DNA of 62,642 nt, counting the filler, from Sphacelaria rigidula (Eukaryota): NCBI GenBank assembly GCA_964200075.2. It is 6 parts of 6 records of this genome, joined end to end, with 100 filler letters (N's around TTAATTAATTAA, not from the genome) between each part and the next. Parts side by side here need not be neighbours in the genome. Positions count along the whole stretch, not along the records: positions 10,460 to 20,817 come from CAXNAA020006660.1; positions 20,918 to 31,274 come from CAXNAA020006661.1; 4 more parts are not named here. One strand, written 5' to 3'. How positions within the stretch are numbered: position 1 is the stretch's first letter; each line of letters starts with the position of its first letter. The notes beneath the pieces were generated by a model. That model saw only the letters and a list, made by a program, of their open reading frames with translations. It was not told the origin of the DNA and searched no databases. The translations under genes and the position numbers were made by a program. Below, piece by piece: positions 10,526-21,782 of the stretch.

Positions 10526-13500
10526 CTCGCTATGGGGTCTCGCAGACGGGAGGTTGGTGAAGTCACAATAGAGTACGACTTACTTATGTGAGAAGCTGAA
10601 ATCCGTATGTGCGCAAAATGCTGGAACATTGCGTGCTGAAGTATTTCCCTCCTCAAACCCCCCTCCTCCCCACCGCCACATCATGATCCCTCGCGAGACA
10701 GACTGCGATTTAAACCCTGATTCGTTTTCCCACTTCCGTACTGTACCCACTCCTTATCCGGCCATGGAGAGCTGGGGTGAGATTGCGCCATAGGTTCTGA
10801 GTAAGCATGGAAACACAGATGCCAAGGGAGCCCGAAATTGCAAGATTGTGTTCCGTAGAGTATAAAAGCTGAACTTCGGGGGTTTACACTTTACACAAGT
10901 ACTAGACAGGTATTATATCGGTGAATACCGTTCCAGCCCATACCAGAGTGTTCGAAACAGGGGCCCCATGACCATACCGGAATGTTCGCTACACATTTCG
11001 TTGTGGCTAAGTACGCCAACCAACTCCCCCTCCCCCACGGGCATTGTATGCCCTACAGAAGACACCCTTGCAGAATTCCACCTCGTCTGGACAGATTAAT
11101 GACTGACTTGCATTAGATCGTGACAAAATATATACTTGAAGGGAGGTCAATTGGTGAGTGACTCGCATACTATAGCTAACCCGCGGCCCTCCTTCATGGA
11201 TCAGGGATATTTAACACAGACGGGGTGTACACTCTGATGTGCTTGGTTTGCTTAACGGGTGGGGCACAGCTCAGGAGATACTTCGTATAAGCGCAAAACG
11301 CACTTCGTAGCCCATGCATGAAATTTGGATACACTCGCTTAGATTATGAGTTGCGGTATGTTTGTTGAGGGATCAACGCTGTCCGAGTTTCTGAATTTTG
11401 AGTCGACAGAAGTAAAAAACGATTTACGATGTGAAGCGGTGGACAGGCAGGGCTGGGGGGAGCAAGGGGCTACTCTGGTGGATAATGCCGCTGAATGCAT
11501 GGGTGTACAAAGTACAGACAAAAGGTCCTCGAGTGAACAGTGAGACAAGCTAGTAATGTAATATTCATGAAAAATTGTCAAAACATAAAAAAAAGAAGGA
11601 AGCTACTTGTTATTAAGAAGGTCGAGACATGCACTAGTTTGAGAAAGAAAATGAAAACGGGCGAGAAAATGTTGCGATTTTTCGGACATTTATATTTTTC
11701 ATCGTTCCTTGTGGAGTTTGAGTTGTGTACGCCATCAGGCAGGCGTGACTTTATTCGGAGGCGCGGTTGTACTTGGTCATCGGCAACAGATTTGCAGATT
11801 GCACGCAAGCAGTAAAGGAGGCAGACGAACAGCCCATACACTGTGTCGCGCACAGGAGCTATGGCATAAACCACCATCAAGAGACTGCATCGCAAAGACA
11901 TGAGGCAGCGCCGAAGTCACCGGCAATTCGTCGTCTGAAAGACCGACACTGTCAGTACCCGATGATTCCTCATCATCGATCCTGTGTTATTGTGGGCCAC
12001 GGCCATCTGATTAACCACGATGGCCATGTCGCTTTGAATCAAACGCACAACTACTATAAGCTCGTTGTCAGACCCATCAATCGAGATAGCCCCCAGACTC
12101 CATGCTTTTCCTAACTCCCCGAGTGCACATGGAGGCGTTTTCGGCTACAGTGTCGTTTCTCCAACAACTCTGATTGACGCGGTTTGACAAGTGGTGGTGT
12201 GTATTCTCTCGAACGACTATATGGTATGATGAGTAGCTCTCGTTGACATTTCTTTCAGCTTCTCGAGAGCAACCTTTCTCGTAGGAAGGACCCCATCACA
12301 AGCGGTGTTTTGAGCAAAACCTGTCGGAACACGACCAGTTTCTTCTTGTGATTCAATCTGATTTTCTCGTGGCACAAGAAGCGGCCGACGTAATGGTCAA
12401 AACATCAGACAGTAATGACAACTAGAGATAGAAAAGTCCTAAGTTGGCCCCCTGTCACATCTGATATACTGCCAAGTCTCATATTTCGCCGATTGTTATT
12501 TTTGTATTCCGCAAAAAAATGCTTGTGTGGTGGTATTTGAGTAAGAAGTGGTCACAATAAAAAGCATTCCAACAACAGAATTAATTATCAAGAAGAAATG
12601 ACGCTTGAAAAACCGTCAAAACATAAAATAATACTACTCATGGGTCCCCGAAGCCCTGCTGATCCCCGTCACACCTGAGATGACTTTCCAAGCGCCATAA
12701 CCTGCCAGTTATTTTCCCGAGATTTCGCTAAGAAAAAGAGGAAGCAACGACCGCGTTGGTTATGTTCACATATACCGGCTGCTCTTGACGCCTCACTGTT
12801 CCCCTTCCCTTCGTCTAAGTTTCAGTGGGGAGGAGCACCTCGTAATCTTTTATTCTACTCCACAAAGCTATAATTGTTCTGCTAGCTCCCGACGGTGTTT
12901 CCGATCAACCTCATCAGAAAAATGAGTGCATGAAAATACAAGCTACTACAAGCCAATACTCCCAACTCCTTCATGCATACATACACATCGTGCGCCAAAA
13001 CGTTATATGTTATTGTGAGGTTTATATGTGTGTACTTCGAGAACTGCCATACTCTACATCATACAGGGAAAAGGGTATGAAGGGGTAAGGGGGTTCACGC
13101 TGTTGCAATATGACTTGAGCGACGAAAGATGGAAGTCCACGATTCATTATTCAGCCGATAAATCAATCAATCAGGTGGTTAGTTTGTTGTCGATTGACGC
13201 GTATGCGTGTTGTTCGATCGACTGCATCGTCACAGGTAAAAGACTACCATAGAAGTGTTGCAGCGATAGCCTCCCACCGAACCAGCCCCGAAACTGCCAC
13301 GAAAAACATGGTCATACAGCGCATGATGGCTGGTTCTAGACAGCATGGAATGCTTCGTATGGACGAAATTCATTCATTAATTGATCGTCACATTTTAACT
13401 GAACCCCCCAGGGATCCAGCTGTCGTCACATGAACATTGGAGGAAACGATCCAAAGCGTGGTGAGTTCCAAGCTGCTCGGTGCGTGTGCTGAGCTTTTGT

Positions 13501-14129
13501 TATTTCGATTTGCATGTAGAGTATGCCTCCTCGAACGAGCCACTTTTAATTCTTCTTGTTATTTTCTTGTTTTTTTATTGGGGGGGAAGGGGGCTATCGC
13601 AGGATCTAATTAATCATAGCTCTCGAACATATCAAAATGGACTCTTGAGAACACCGTCATCTCTCACATGCAGGACCGGGGTACCGTGGGCGCTGTGTGG
13701 GTACTCTTGCCGTGGATGTACTGCAGTAGTGCGGAGCACACACGGGCTGATAGTCCCACAGAAAGAGAGTCTATCGTCGGGAACCTGACCGATAGCAAGC
13801 TGTTCCAAGAGGGGAATGACCTTTCGTGCATGTTTTCTGGGGGTCCATGATCAGCGAACATGCTCTCATACACTACACACAAACAAGTCAAATACTTGTA
13901 AAAGACAAAGCGAACAACAAACCAACCAAAAACAACCAACCAGAAAACGTTAGCTCAAAAATTGATTTTACATCAACACTGCAGGAGCATTCCAGGTCTA
14001 TTCATTCATGCTTTGTTGTGCGTCACATGGTGTGTTGAGTATGCAAACAGAAAGCGAAATCCAGTAAGTCACTCGGTTTTTCGAACAGCACATCGATTAA
14101 CGGTAACCGTCCATGCATGCTCCACTCAC

Positions 14130-14211
14130 CGATGACGACCAGATGGTGTGCATTGAGATTGGCCACATCTAGCTCCTGGTCAAACCAGCGCTCCTGAGCT
14201 AGTCGACGGTC
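14130..14211 (-). CDS. CPPED1: CPPED1-like exon D (82 bp)
   Basis: AATCAG|GACCGT...ATCG|GTGAGT; AQERWFDQEL resembles the Q..WL..EL helix of this family. Confidence 0.85.
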
Positions 14212-15889
14212 CTGATTAATCATTAGGGGGAGGGGAGGGGGGGAGTACTTATGATCGCGCATGTCATGATCATCAGATCTTTGACCTCGCATCCTTGCAA
14301 AGCCGGGACGGATCACGCAGGGTTTTCGCCGGACCAGGCTCGCAGTCGATCACCAAGCGCGAAGCACCGTGACGTGTTCGGCGAGTAGCATGAAGGGTGA
14401 GCTGCATCCTGCCACGATTGTTCGGCCCGAACCGTTCTAACTATCTTTCATGTGGATGACAGCCTCTAACGAGTTACTTAATTTTCTGATATCTCCACTT
14501 CTAGCGACAGCCATGGTTTCCATACTGCCTCATGGGTGTCTCACCACTGGGGGCGGGGCAGGGGGAGGCACAGGTGCACTTATAGACAAAAAATAGACGT
14601 ACCCGAGATGAAGGGAAGGAAAGGACACCCGCTGAAGGAAGAAATTGTTCGAGGCAATGGTGTCCTCGATCTAGTGTTTCTGTGGAGGCGTGAACCCTCA
14701 ACCTGACCTGACCGGGTTCGTTTCCCTTCTTCCTAAAATTACGTGTGCTTAAGCCAGGATTTCTTGTCATTCAGTATATAGCATAAAAGAGTGCTTGCAC
14801 CGTCCGTAGCCAGGGCTTCCACTCCTCTTCCCTCATTTTCAGGAAGAAAAAATAAACTCGAGTTGATTCTGACCAAAACGAACAACCGACTTCGAAGCAA
14901 CATAAGACACAAAATACAGGAAGAAAAGCCAGAAGTGTAAATCAACCGGTCGCCCCGATGGCTCGGTTGGTAACCTCGAAACCTTCTGACGGTCGGGTCG
15001 TGGGTTCGAATCTCGTAGCGATCTGGGAGTTTTTCTCATGCCCAACAGTGAAGAGCGACTATGTTGTGGGTACACCAAATTCGGCTACTGGTATACGGTC
15101 GACGAGGGAAAGGAACTGCTGAACCCCTTTCGCGATAAAAACATAAAGGCAAGCACCGCAGAGGGAAGGTAGAGTACTCGAACAAAAACAAAAAATAAGA
15201 TATTCCTGCGTTGACCTTCCTCCTGTGTGACCCCGGCTGGTGCGCCCACATAATATACCGAAAGGTGTCGATCGGCGTCCAGAGTATATGGGACGACAAC
15301 ACAACACAAAACACACATGACTCAGCAGAGACGGACAGGCACCTGGCGAGAGTAGAAACGTCAGCCTTGGTGTCAACGACGCCGATATGAACTTGAGCTC
15401 TTCGCCAACGCAATACTCTGCCTAGAGCACCCCCGCTACCCACCTCTATATCCTCGCCCTTTGCTCGAGGGGTTTTGGTCTGCCTCGAGCTCAGGTTTGG
15501 GTTAGAGGGCTACGGTCCGAGTTGGAAAAAAACTAGAAACACATTTATCTGAAAACCCCTGGCTCATGGCTTTCTGGCGGCGTGTCCAAAGGCAAAATAC
15601 GTTCCACGGACACCGTTGATGAGCACGATATCCGTTCGTTCCGTTTGACAAATAACCAAGACTATACGTAACACTTTACTGCCTTGAAGACAAGCGAGGA
15701 ATGTTGAGCCGGACGACCGGAGAGAGAGCGAGAGACTGGATGAACGGTATGATAACAAAAGGGTGCCGAAATGGGAAACTAGAGGGAGAGAAAGGACGAA
15801 CCAAAGCGGTGATGAGCCTGACTATATATACATATTACCATCACCATCACCATCACTGTCACTGTCACTGTCACTGTCACTGTCACTAC

Positions 15890-15931
<42 letters not shown>

Positions 15932-18900
15932 ATAGTAATAGTAGTAGTAGTACCGCTGCTGCTGCTGCTGCTATTATTACATGTTATTCACCGGGTTAGC
16001 CGACGCACACGCCCATAAGTTGGTGTTGAGCACGAGGCCTCTCAAGCCACCCCACCAGAACGAAAAGTAGTCAGCGCCGAATCTGGTGGAGGGAGGCAGG
16101 AGAGAGCGACAAAAGCACACGAAAGAAACATAGTTATTCGATCTGTGGGCACTCAGAGGATCAAGCAAGACATCGAACACAAAACCGACCGCAGCCGTAA
16201 AATGAGGAGCGGTGGATGAGAGAGACACACCAACGAGCCCAGATTATTATTACGATTTTGCTGTGATTATTGTTGCGATCATCGTCATTAGTGCCATGAT
16301 TCATTATGTAATTGTTATTTTATTATTATAATATGACTATTGTTATGACTCACGTCTGTTTTTTTGGGTACGTCTATCATGTGACCACGGCTGGGTCTCT
16401 GGGGGGGTCAGGTAAAGTGCGACAACTAATCAATCGATCAATAAAAATGAATGAAAGAATAACTATGATAATAATGATCATGATCAAGGTTATGATCAAG
16501 GTTGCGATTACGTTCGTGATTATTATAATTACTATCTTATTATTGTTATGATTATCATCACCATTGTGATAATTCCTATGATTATTACTAGTGCTATCAT
16601 CATGCTAATAATTACCATTATCTTGACTTGATATTTCGAACTCGTGGCCGCGGACTAAGGAACATACCATCCATACCTGTAACCCCAAAAGCAAACAACT
16701 GAGGCTGAAAACAAAAAACTCTGCTCGAAAAAAGGGCATCTGCACCGCGAAAAATCCATACAGGATTGATCGAACTACTGGACACCTCCTGGAAGCTAAA
16801 AAAAAGTCCTGGCGTGCAATCTCTATGACTTTCTTGTCACGCGTCGGTGTGTCTCCACATTGCAGTAATAGCGAATGCGGTTACCAAAATTTCACATGCG
16901 ACAGGAGCCAACCCCAATAACTGCCCCATTTTGTTCTCCAAATTTCGTTCTTTCATCCCTTCCCCCTTTTTCGGGATGAGAGACCGTCGTCTCGAAGAGG
17001 AATCAAGCCCACCAATCTCTCCCCGGCGACATGCTCGACATTTTGGAACCTATCGCGGATTGGATAATGACTACTTCCGGACCGCGTCGGCTCGACGTCT
17101 CCTCGAATTTTCTCCGTTACTCACGTACGTCCTCCGGCATTCAATGACCAAAGTCAGCTTCAACAGGAAAGAAATGTATATGTCGCAATTCATTTCAACT
17201 CGCAACATCCCCCCCTACCTAGACACGGTGCTCCGTCTCGAAAGGGATGCGTGGTCAATGGTCAAATGACTAAGGCAAGCAACAAATGAGTACGCCCCCC
17301 CCTACCTAGATACCGGTGTATCACCTTATATCACCGGGGCGCGGCGTCATCTGGATCATTGAAACACGACCATAGGGTACCTTCAGAATGATAGTAGGAC
17401 CTCCTGTGCCGCAGTGAAGTCGGAAACATGGTACGCACGGCGAATACTACACCCAATCACTTAGCATCGCATCGTGAACTGTATGTAGTTCAAAAGCATG
17501 GACCTTATCGTAGGAGCAGTAAGCCTTTTATTCCTTCATGTCAGGAATGTTCTTTAGGGTAGGGGACGACGGCACGGGTACGAGTGCTGGTATTTTGGGG
17601 TGACCATAACCTCGGTAGTCCATGTACGAGGTACCCTCAAATAATCAGTGCTTTCGGTAGTCGATACCTTGGAAACCTTGAAATACTCAGTATCGGTGAA
17701 CGATACCCACCGGCATGTTAAACGATACCCTCGGGTACGTTGAACGATATTTTCGGGTACGTTAAGCAACACCCTCGTGGACGTAAAACAACACCTTCGG
17801 GTAAGTCATATAATAACCGAGGGTGCGTAAAACGGTACCCTCGGATACCTTGAACGATAGCCTCGGGTCCGTTATGCAACACCCTCGGCTACGTAAAACG
17901 ACACTCTCGGGTACGTGAAACGACACCCTCGGGTACGTAAAACGACACCCTCGGGTGCGTCGAATAATACCCGAGGGTGCGTAAAACGATACCCTTGGGT
18001 ACGTTAAACGGTAACCTCTAACACGTTGAACGATATCGCCCGGTACGTTAGGCAAAACACGACGGGTCGTAAGCAAAAGACGAGGATACGTGAAAAGATA
18101 CCCCACGGCAAGTAAAATGTATCCTTCCATGAGCACATTTTTCGGGGATTTTCGGTCGTCACTTACCTTTGTACATAGTCGGTCGAATCGTGTTTCTCTC
18201 CCCTAGCATTCCCCAGGTCGTGGTTGCCAGGGCAATACAGGACGGGAATCGTTTCGGAAACCTTTGCCAAAATCTGTCGCACAGAGTTCACCTACGCGAG
18301 GAAAAAAAAAAAACAGAAAAAAAGGAAAAATAAGAAAGAATAGGAGGAGAAAGAGAAATAAGAGCAAAAAAAAAAACGAGAAGGAACACAAGAAATAGAA
18401 GAAGGATTGCGAGAAGAAAGCATCAAAATATGACGAAAACAAAACAGTACACAAACACAAAAAAAGAGCGAGAAATGTGAACACGGCTCATATTGATCTA
18501 TCTAACAAGCGATTGATTGATTGTTCGATCGCCGCACACTAACTCATTTACCCAACGAACACAGCCATCCAAGGATACAAGATAGACGTACGTTCATGGA
18601 GCATCCCAAGGTAACTGGGGAGAGATGCAAAAAACGATAACGCAAAAAAGAGAGAACTAACACGGAAAAATGGAAAGAAGGGAAACAAACAAAAAGGAAA
18701 ATCGTCAACGGCGAAAGACGCGGACAACGACGTACGTAAAGAAGGGTGTAAAGGCGTAAATAGCAGGCGGCGAGAGAGGGCGAGCGGGTGGAGGAGAGGT
18801 ATGGGGTCCGATACACCGTTGTGAAATTCCTGGCAAATATTTGTACATGGATACATGTCTTGGTGGAAACTGTTCACGAGTGGTACGCGGTATAGTTCTC

Positions 18901-20365
18901 CAATACGAGTACTTCTCTACGAGTGAGTCAATCGAGACCGAGGGAGACACAACCCGGCCCGGCGGGCGCCTCGAAGACATACAGCCAACACTTGTCTTGT
19001 CAACCCGGGACTTTCCGTCCTTTCCGAAACAGGGAGCGACGTTTACATACGCATCTGGTGTGCTTGGTTGATGGAGTATGACATGATTTATTGAATCAAA
19101 TGCTCGATTAATTGATGGAGTATGGCACAATTTCATGAGTTGAATGCTCGATCGATCGATCGAATATGACATGATCTAATGAATTGGATGCTTGATTGAT
19201 GGAGTATGACATGACTCACTTGCTTGAATGCAGGAGAAGGGAAGCAAGCAGCCGAAAACGCACGAAAAATCGTACAGCAACCTTTTCCAAGTGAAAACAG
19301 ATCCTGTGTAAATGCTCACGGACCGAAGTTCCACCTCTTCGAGATGGCTCTGATAGTGACAACAGCACTTTGATCCCACCCTAGTTCTGTGCAGACCGAA
19401 ACACAGCATGCAGCAGTACAACTGCTCAGGCACTCTCCAGTGCACATCGCACCGTGATCGTCGTAGAGTGTTTAGATGCACAACAGCACAACGACTACTA
19501 CAGCATGGAAATGATGGGTTTGGGGAGCGCCTTATTCGTTTGACTCGAGATGAAACAGCTAACACACCATGAACACTTCAACAGTGTGAGAGCACTGCGT
19601 GCCGACAACATTATTTTTCATAGAGACGAAGGGAATGACAATATAAAGCAACTCAGGCATCTCTAGCGGAGATCAAACCGTCTCCACAAGGGCCTGAAGA
19701 CGCCACAGCGCAGCGACAGCTACAGCACATAAGACAGAGCATGGGTGCGTTTGTGCTGCAGCACAGTGATACAGGACACGTCCCATGCGATAGTTCTTTC
19801 CCTGATTTCGGGTGGGTCCTCGATTTTTGCCCAGTGGCGATTTTGAAACGCTCGATCATAGTCGCGTCTCGCCCGAAGATATTTTAATTCACCTTGAGTT
19901 ACCCCTATCTCTGGGAGGTGAGCCCAACTACAGGCATTTCAATGTGGAGCTCAATTGTCATTCCGGCTCGGCTGAATCACACTGGCTACAGTACGGCTTC
20001 CCGAACCGTTCCTCTAGGTAACTCGCACCAAACCGTACTGGTTCCGGTTCCTGGGTCGTTCATGCTGACGTCTTGTTCTGAACCATACTGGGTTCTAATG
20101 CACCGCGTACAATATCTTACTCGGACACATGGTGGTAACATCGAGGAGTAAGAACCTTCCAGGGGATCGCCAGAGACGTGGCGATACCATCCGAAATCTT
20201 CCACACAAAAAAAAAAATCCTACGAAATCCACGAATGTTTCCCACCTGCGGTTCGTAGAACTCCTCTCCTGGAGGCGCGTGCGTCATATCCCCGGTGACC
20301 AGGAGGAACTTGGGTCGAAGGCGGTTGACGATGGCAACCATGCGAGATAGCCGCTCGCTTTCTAC
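14130..20365 (-). CDS. CPPED1: Partial gene: calcineurin-like metallophosphoesterase of the CPPED1 type (4 exons recovered, both ends missing)
   Basis: Exons 20365-20246, 18291-18167, 16082-15992, 14211-14130, all AG|exon|GT with compatible phases 0,0,2,0,1. Spliced product: VESERLSRMVAIVNRLRPKFLLVTGDMTHAPPGEEFYEPQ VNSVRQILAKVSETIPVLYCPGNHDLGNARGEKHDSTDYVQR FGADYFSFWWGGLRGLVLNTNLWACASANP DRRLAQERWFDQELDVANLNAHHLVVI. It has the GD and GNHD metal-binding motifs and the CPPED1-like GxDYFSFW..G..LVLN block. Confidence 0.85.
14226..14342 (-). repeat. Short (about 110 bp) interspersed element ending in a C-run (family C); other copies 17243-17302, 29414-29480, 29512-29610, 30923-31027, 40709-40822
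   Basis: Consensus GCCTGGTCCGGCGAAAACCCGGCGTGCTCC.TCCCGGCTTTG.AGGGATGCGAGGTCAATGGTC...ATGA...GAGTAC(C)n seen on three contigs. Confidence 0.8.
14945..15318 (+). mobile_element. Full-length tRNA-derived SINE, family A (intronic, antisense to the CPPED1-like gene)
   Basis: Pol III A box TGGCTCGGTTGG (14959-14970), B box GGTTCGAATCT (15003-15013), about 300-bp body shared with 41434-41730, CA-rich tail. Confidence 0.85.
15836..15980. repeat. Compound microsatellite (CACCAT)n(CACTGT)n(GTA)n(GCT)n
   Basis: Read directly; lies just inside the intron next to the exon C donor. Confidence 0.95.
15992..16082 (-). CDS. CPPED1: CPPED1-like exon C (91 bp)
   Basis: CTCCCTCCACCAG|ATTCGGC...AACCCG|GTGAAT; FGADYFSFWWGGLRGLVLNTNLW. 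Confidence 0.85.
16242..16622. repeat. Degenerate (ATT/ATG/ATC)n low-complexity tract interrupted by a LINE/SINE tail copy at 16375-16443
   Basis: Trinucleotide periodicity; GTGACCACGGCTGGGTC...GTGCGACAA...TCAATCGATCAA embedded. Confidence 0.75.
17690..18120. repeat. Minisatellite, about 22-bp unit ACCCTCGGGTACGTAAAACGAC
   Basis: Near-perfect units at about 17881-17960, degenerating outward; no unique spacers. Confidence 0.85.
18167..18291 (-). CDS. CPPED1: CPPED1-like exon B (125 bp)
   Basis: Long polypyrimidine tract then CGTAG|GTGAAC...CAAAG|GTAAGT; contains IPVLYCPGNHDLG. Confidence 0.9.
19068..19231. repeat. Tandem repeat, 40-44-bp unit, about 4 copies
   Basis: TTGATGGAGTATG(A/G)CA at 19068, 19112 and 19196 with a degenerate copy near 19156. 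Confidence 0.8.
20246..20365 (-). CDS. CPPED1: CPPED1-like exon A (120 bp)
   Basis: TGCAG|GTAGAA...CCGCAG|GTGGG; contains the PKFLLVTGDMTH motif. Confidence 0.85.
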
Positions 20366-20817
20366 CTGCATGTTATGCCGTTGCGACCGGTTGCGAGAAA
20401 AAAGTGAAAAAAGTTATGCCAAACGTACCTTTGTTGTACATATAATCTACCGGGGAGAGATGGGTTGATCCCTTGAGATCACGGACTAGACCCGAGGAGG
20501 GGAGGGATTCAAAGAGCGACAAATAAATAATATATATAAATATATATACATACATTCTACGGGACACAAGGCAGACCGGTGCAGATATCGTTATCGCTGT
20601 AATCGTATCGTCTTCAATCAAACGCCCCCTCCCCATCTGAATGAGAAATGAAAAGTGAAGACGAAAAGATAGGGGGCCCAAAAGACAGACAGGAAGAAAC
20701 AAGAGAGTCATCGAGCGGTGCTGAGATCTCAGACAAAAAAAAAAAAAAACGTTTTCCACCATCAGCAGACCAGCCGGGAATTTTGTTTTTGTTTTGCCGT
20801 GTAATATAAATAAAAAA

Positions 20818-20917
20818 NNNNNNNNNNNNNNNNNNNNNNNNNNNNNNNNNNNNNNNNNNNNTTAATTAATTAANNNNNNNNNNNNNNNNNNNNNNNNNNN
20901 NNNNNNNNNNNNNNNNN
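20818..20917. other. Artificial contig linker 2
   Basis: 44 N + TTAATTAATTAA + 44 N. Confidence 0.99.
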
Positions 20918-21681
20918 TGGTGATCATTACGTTCCTTCCGTAGCTCATTACGTTTCTTCCATACATTACACAAGAACCTCTCACGAGGAAGGGGAGGGGT
21001 TCAAAGTTCGACAAAAAAAAACAATCAAAATCCATCCCTTTGTATCAATTAATATTCCCTCTTACCCACACTTCATATATTTTGTCCATGAAGCGAACCG
21101 TTGACCATTAAGCCAGTGAGCGCTCACTGGGTTCAATGGTCAAATGCTCGCTTCCTGGACAGCGCACAGGGATACCAATATCTTCGGCGGGGGGTCATCA
21201 ATCACCGGGCCGGACAGTTTGCTTTCGTCGCACACTGCCAACCACTTCCCTTTGTCGGGACGAGTCCGCGGTTTCAGCGACTGAACCCATCTCTCACCCA
21301 GTACACGCCTTGCATTTAGATATCTTGGATCGGATCAGCGCCCTCGCGGCATGACCTGTCAATATTCACAGCGCTTTGGAATATTCAACAGCGCTTTTAC
21401 TGCGTGAGGTCCGGCCTGTCGGGCTTACGAAATTATCATACACTAAACCAGCAACGACATTTCCTTCACGCACGTCTCCGTCTGATTGTTCGAGTCGGGC
21501 GAGGGAATCATCTCAAGGATCGCAAATTACCCGTTGTTTGATTGCGCTATCTTGTTCTTAGCCTGTGGCATCGTGTTCCCCACTGTGTTTTTCCACGCGT
21601 TTGCATGCCTTGTACCGTCATCAGCAGGTCTCGGGACGGGCTACCCTTTTTCCCGACAGAAGGAAAAGGCCTCAAACTCAC

Positions 21682-21782
21682 CCGTGCATGATGTTTTCGT
21701 AGCTCCCGTGTGCCTTCGCGAACGCCTTTTCCAGCAGACTCGTCCATAGTTCGTGCCTTTCCTCTCCGCGACCGAACAATAC
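21682..21782 (-). CDS. Calpain-like exon 2 (101 bp)
   Basis: TATCAG|GTATTG...CACGG|GTGAGT; ELWTSLLEKAFAKAHGSYE. Confidence 0.9.

Noticed and set aside
11500..12500. Possible degenerate coding or transposase region
   Set aside because: No recognisable motif in any frame; left unannotated.
13280..13830. Candidate fifth CPPED1-like exon (GHSPL near 13820; HHALY near 13325)
   Set aside because: The first has a weak acceptor and an early stop; the second is in the wrong phase.
14945..15025. tRNA gene (also 41434-41512, 27285-27365, 28520-28612, 38730-38815)
   Set aside because: A and B boxes are present but cloverleaf stems are poor, and most heads run into a shared repeat body, as expected for SINEs.
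15701..16018. His/Val-rich and Ser-rich ORFs
   Set aside because: Translations of the compound microsatellite.
17690..18120. CRISPR or iteron array
   Set aside because: Contiguous degenerate 22-bp units without spacers inside a spliceosomal intron.
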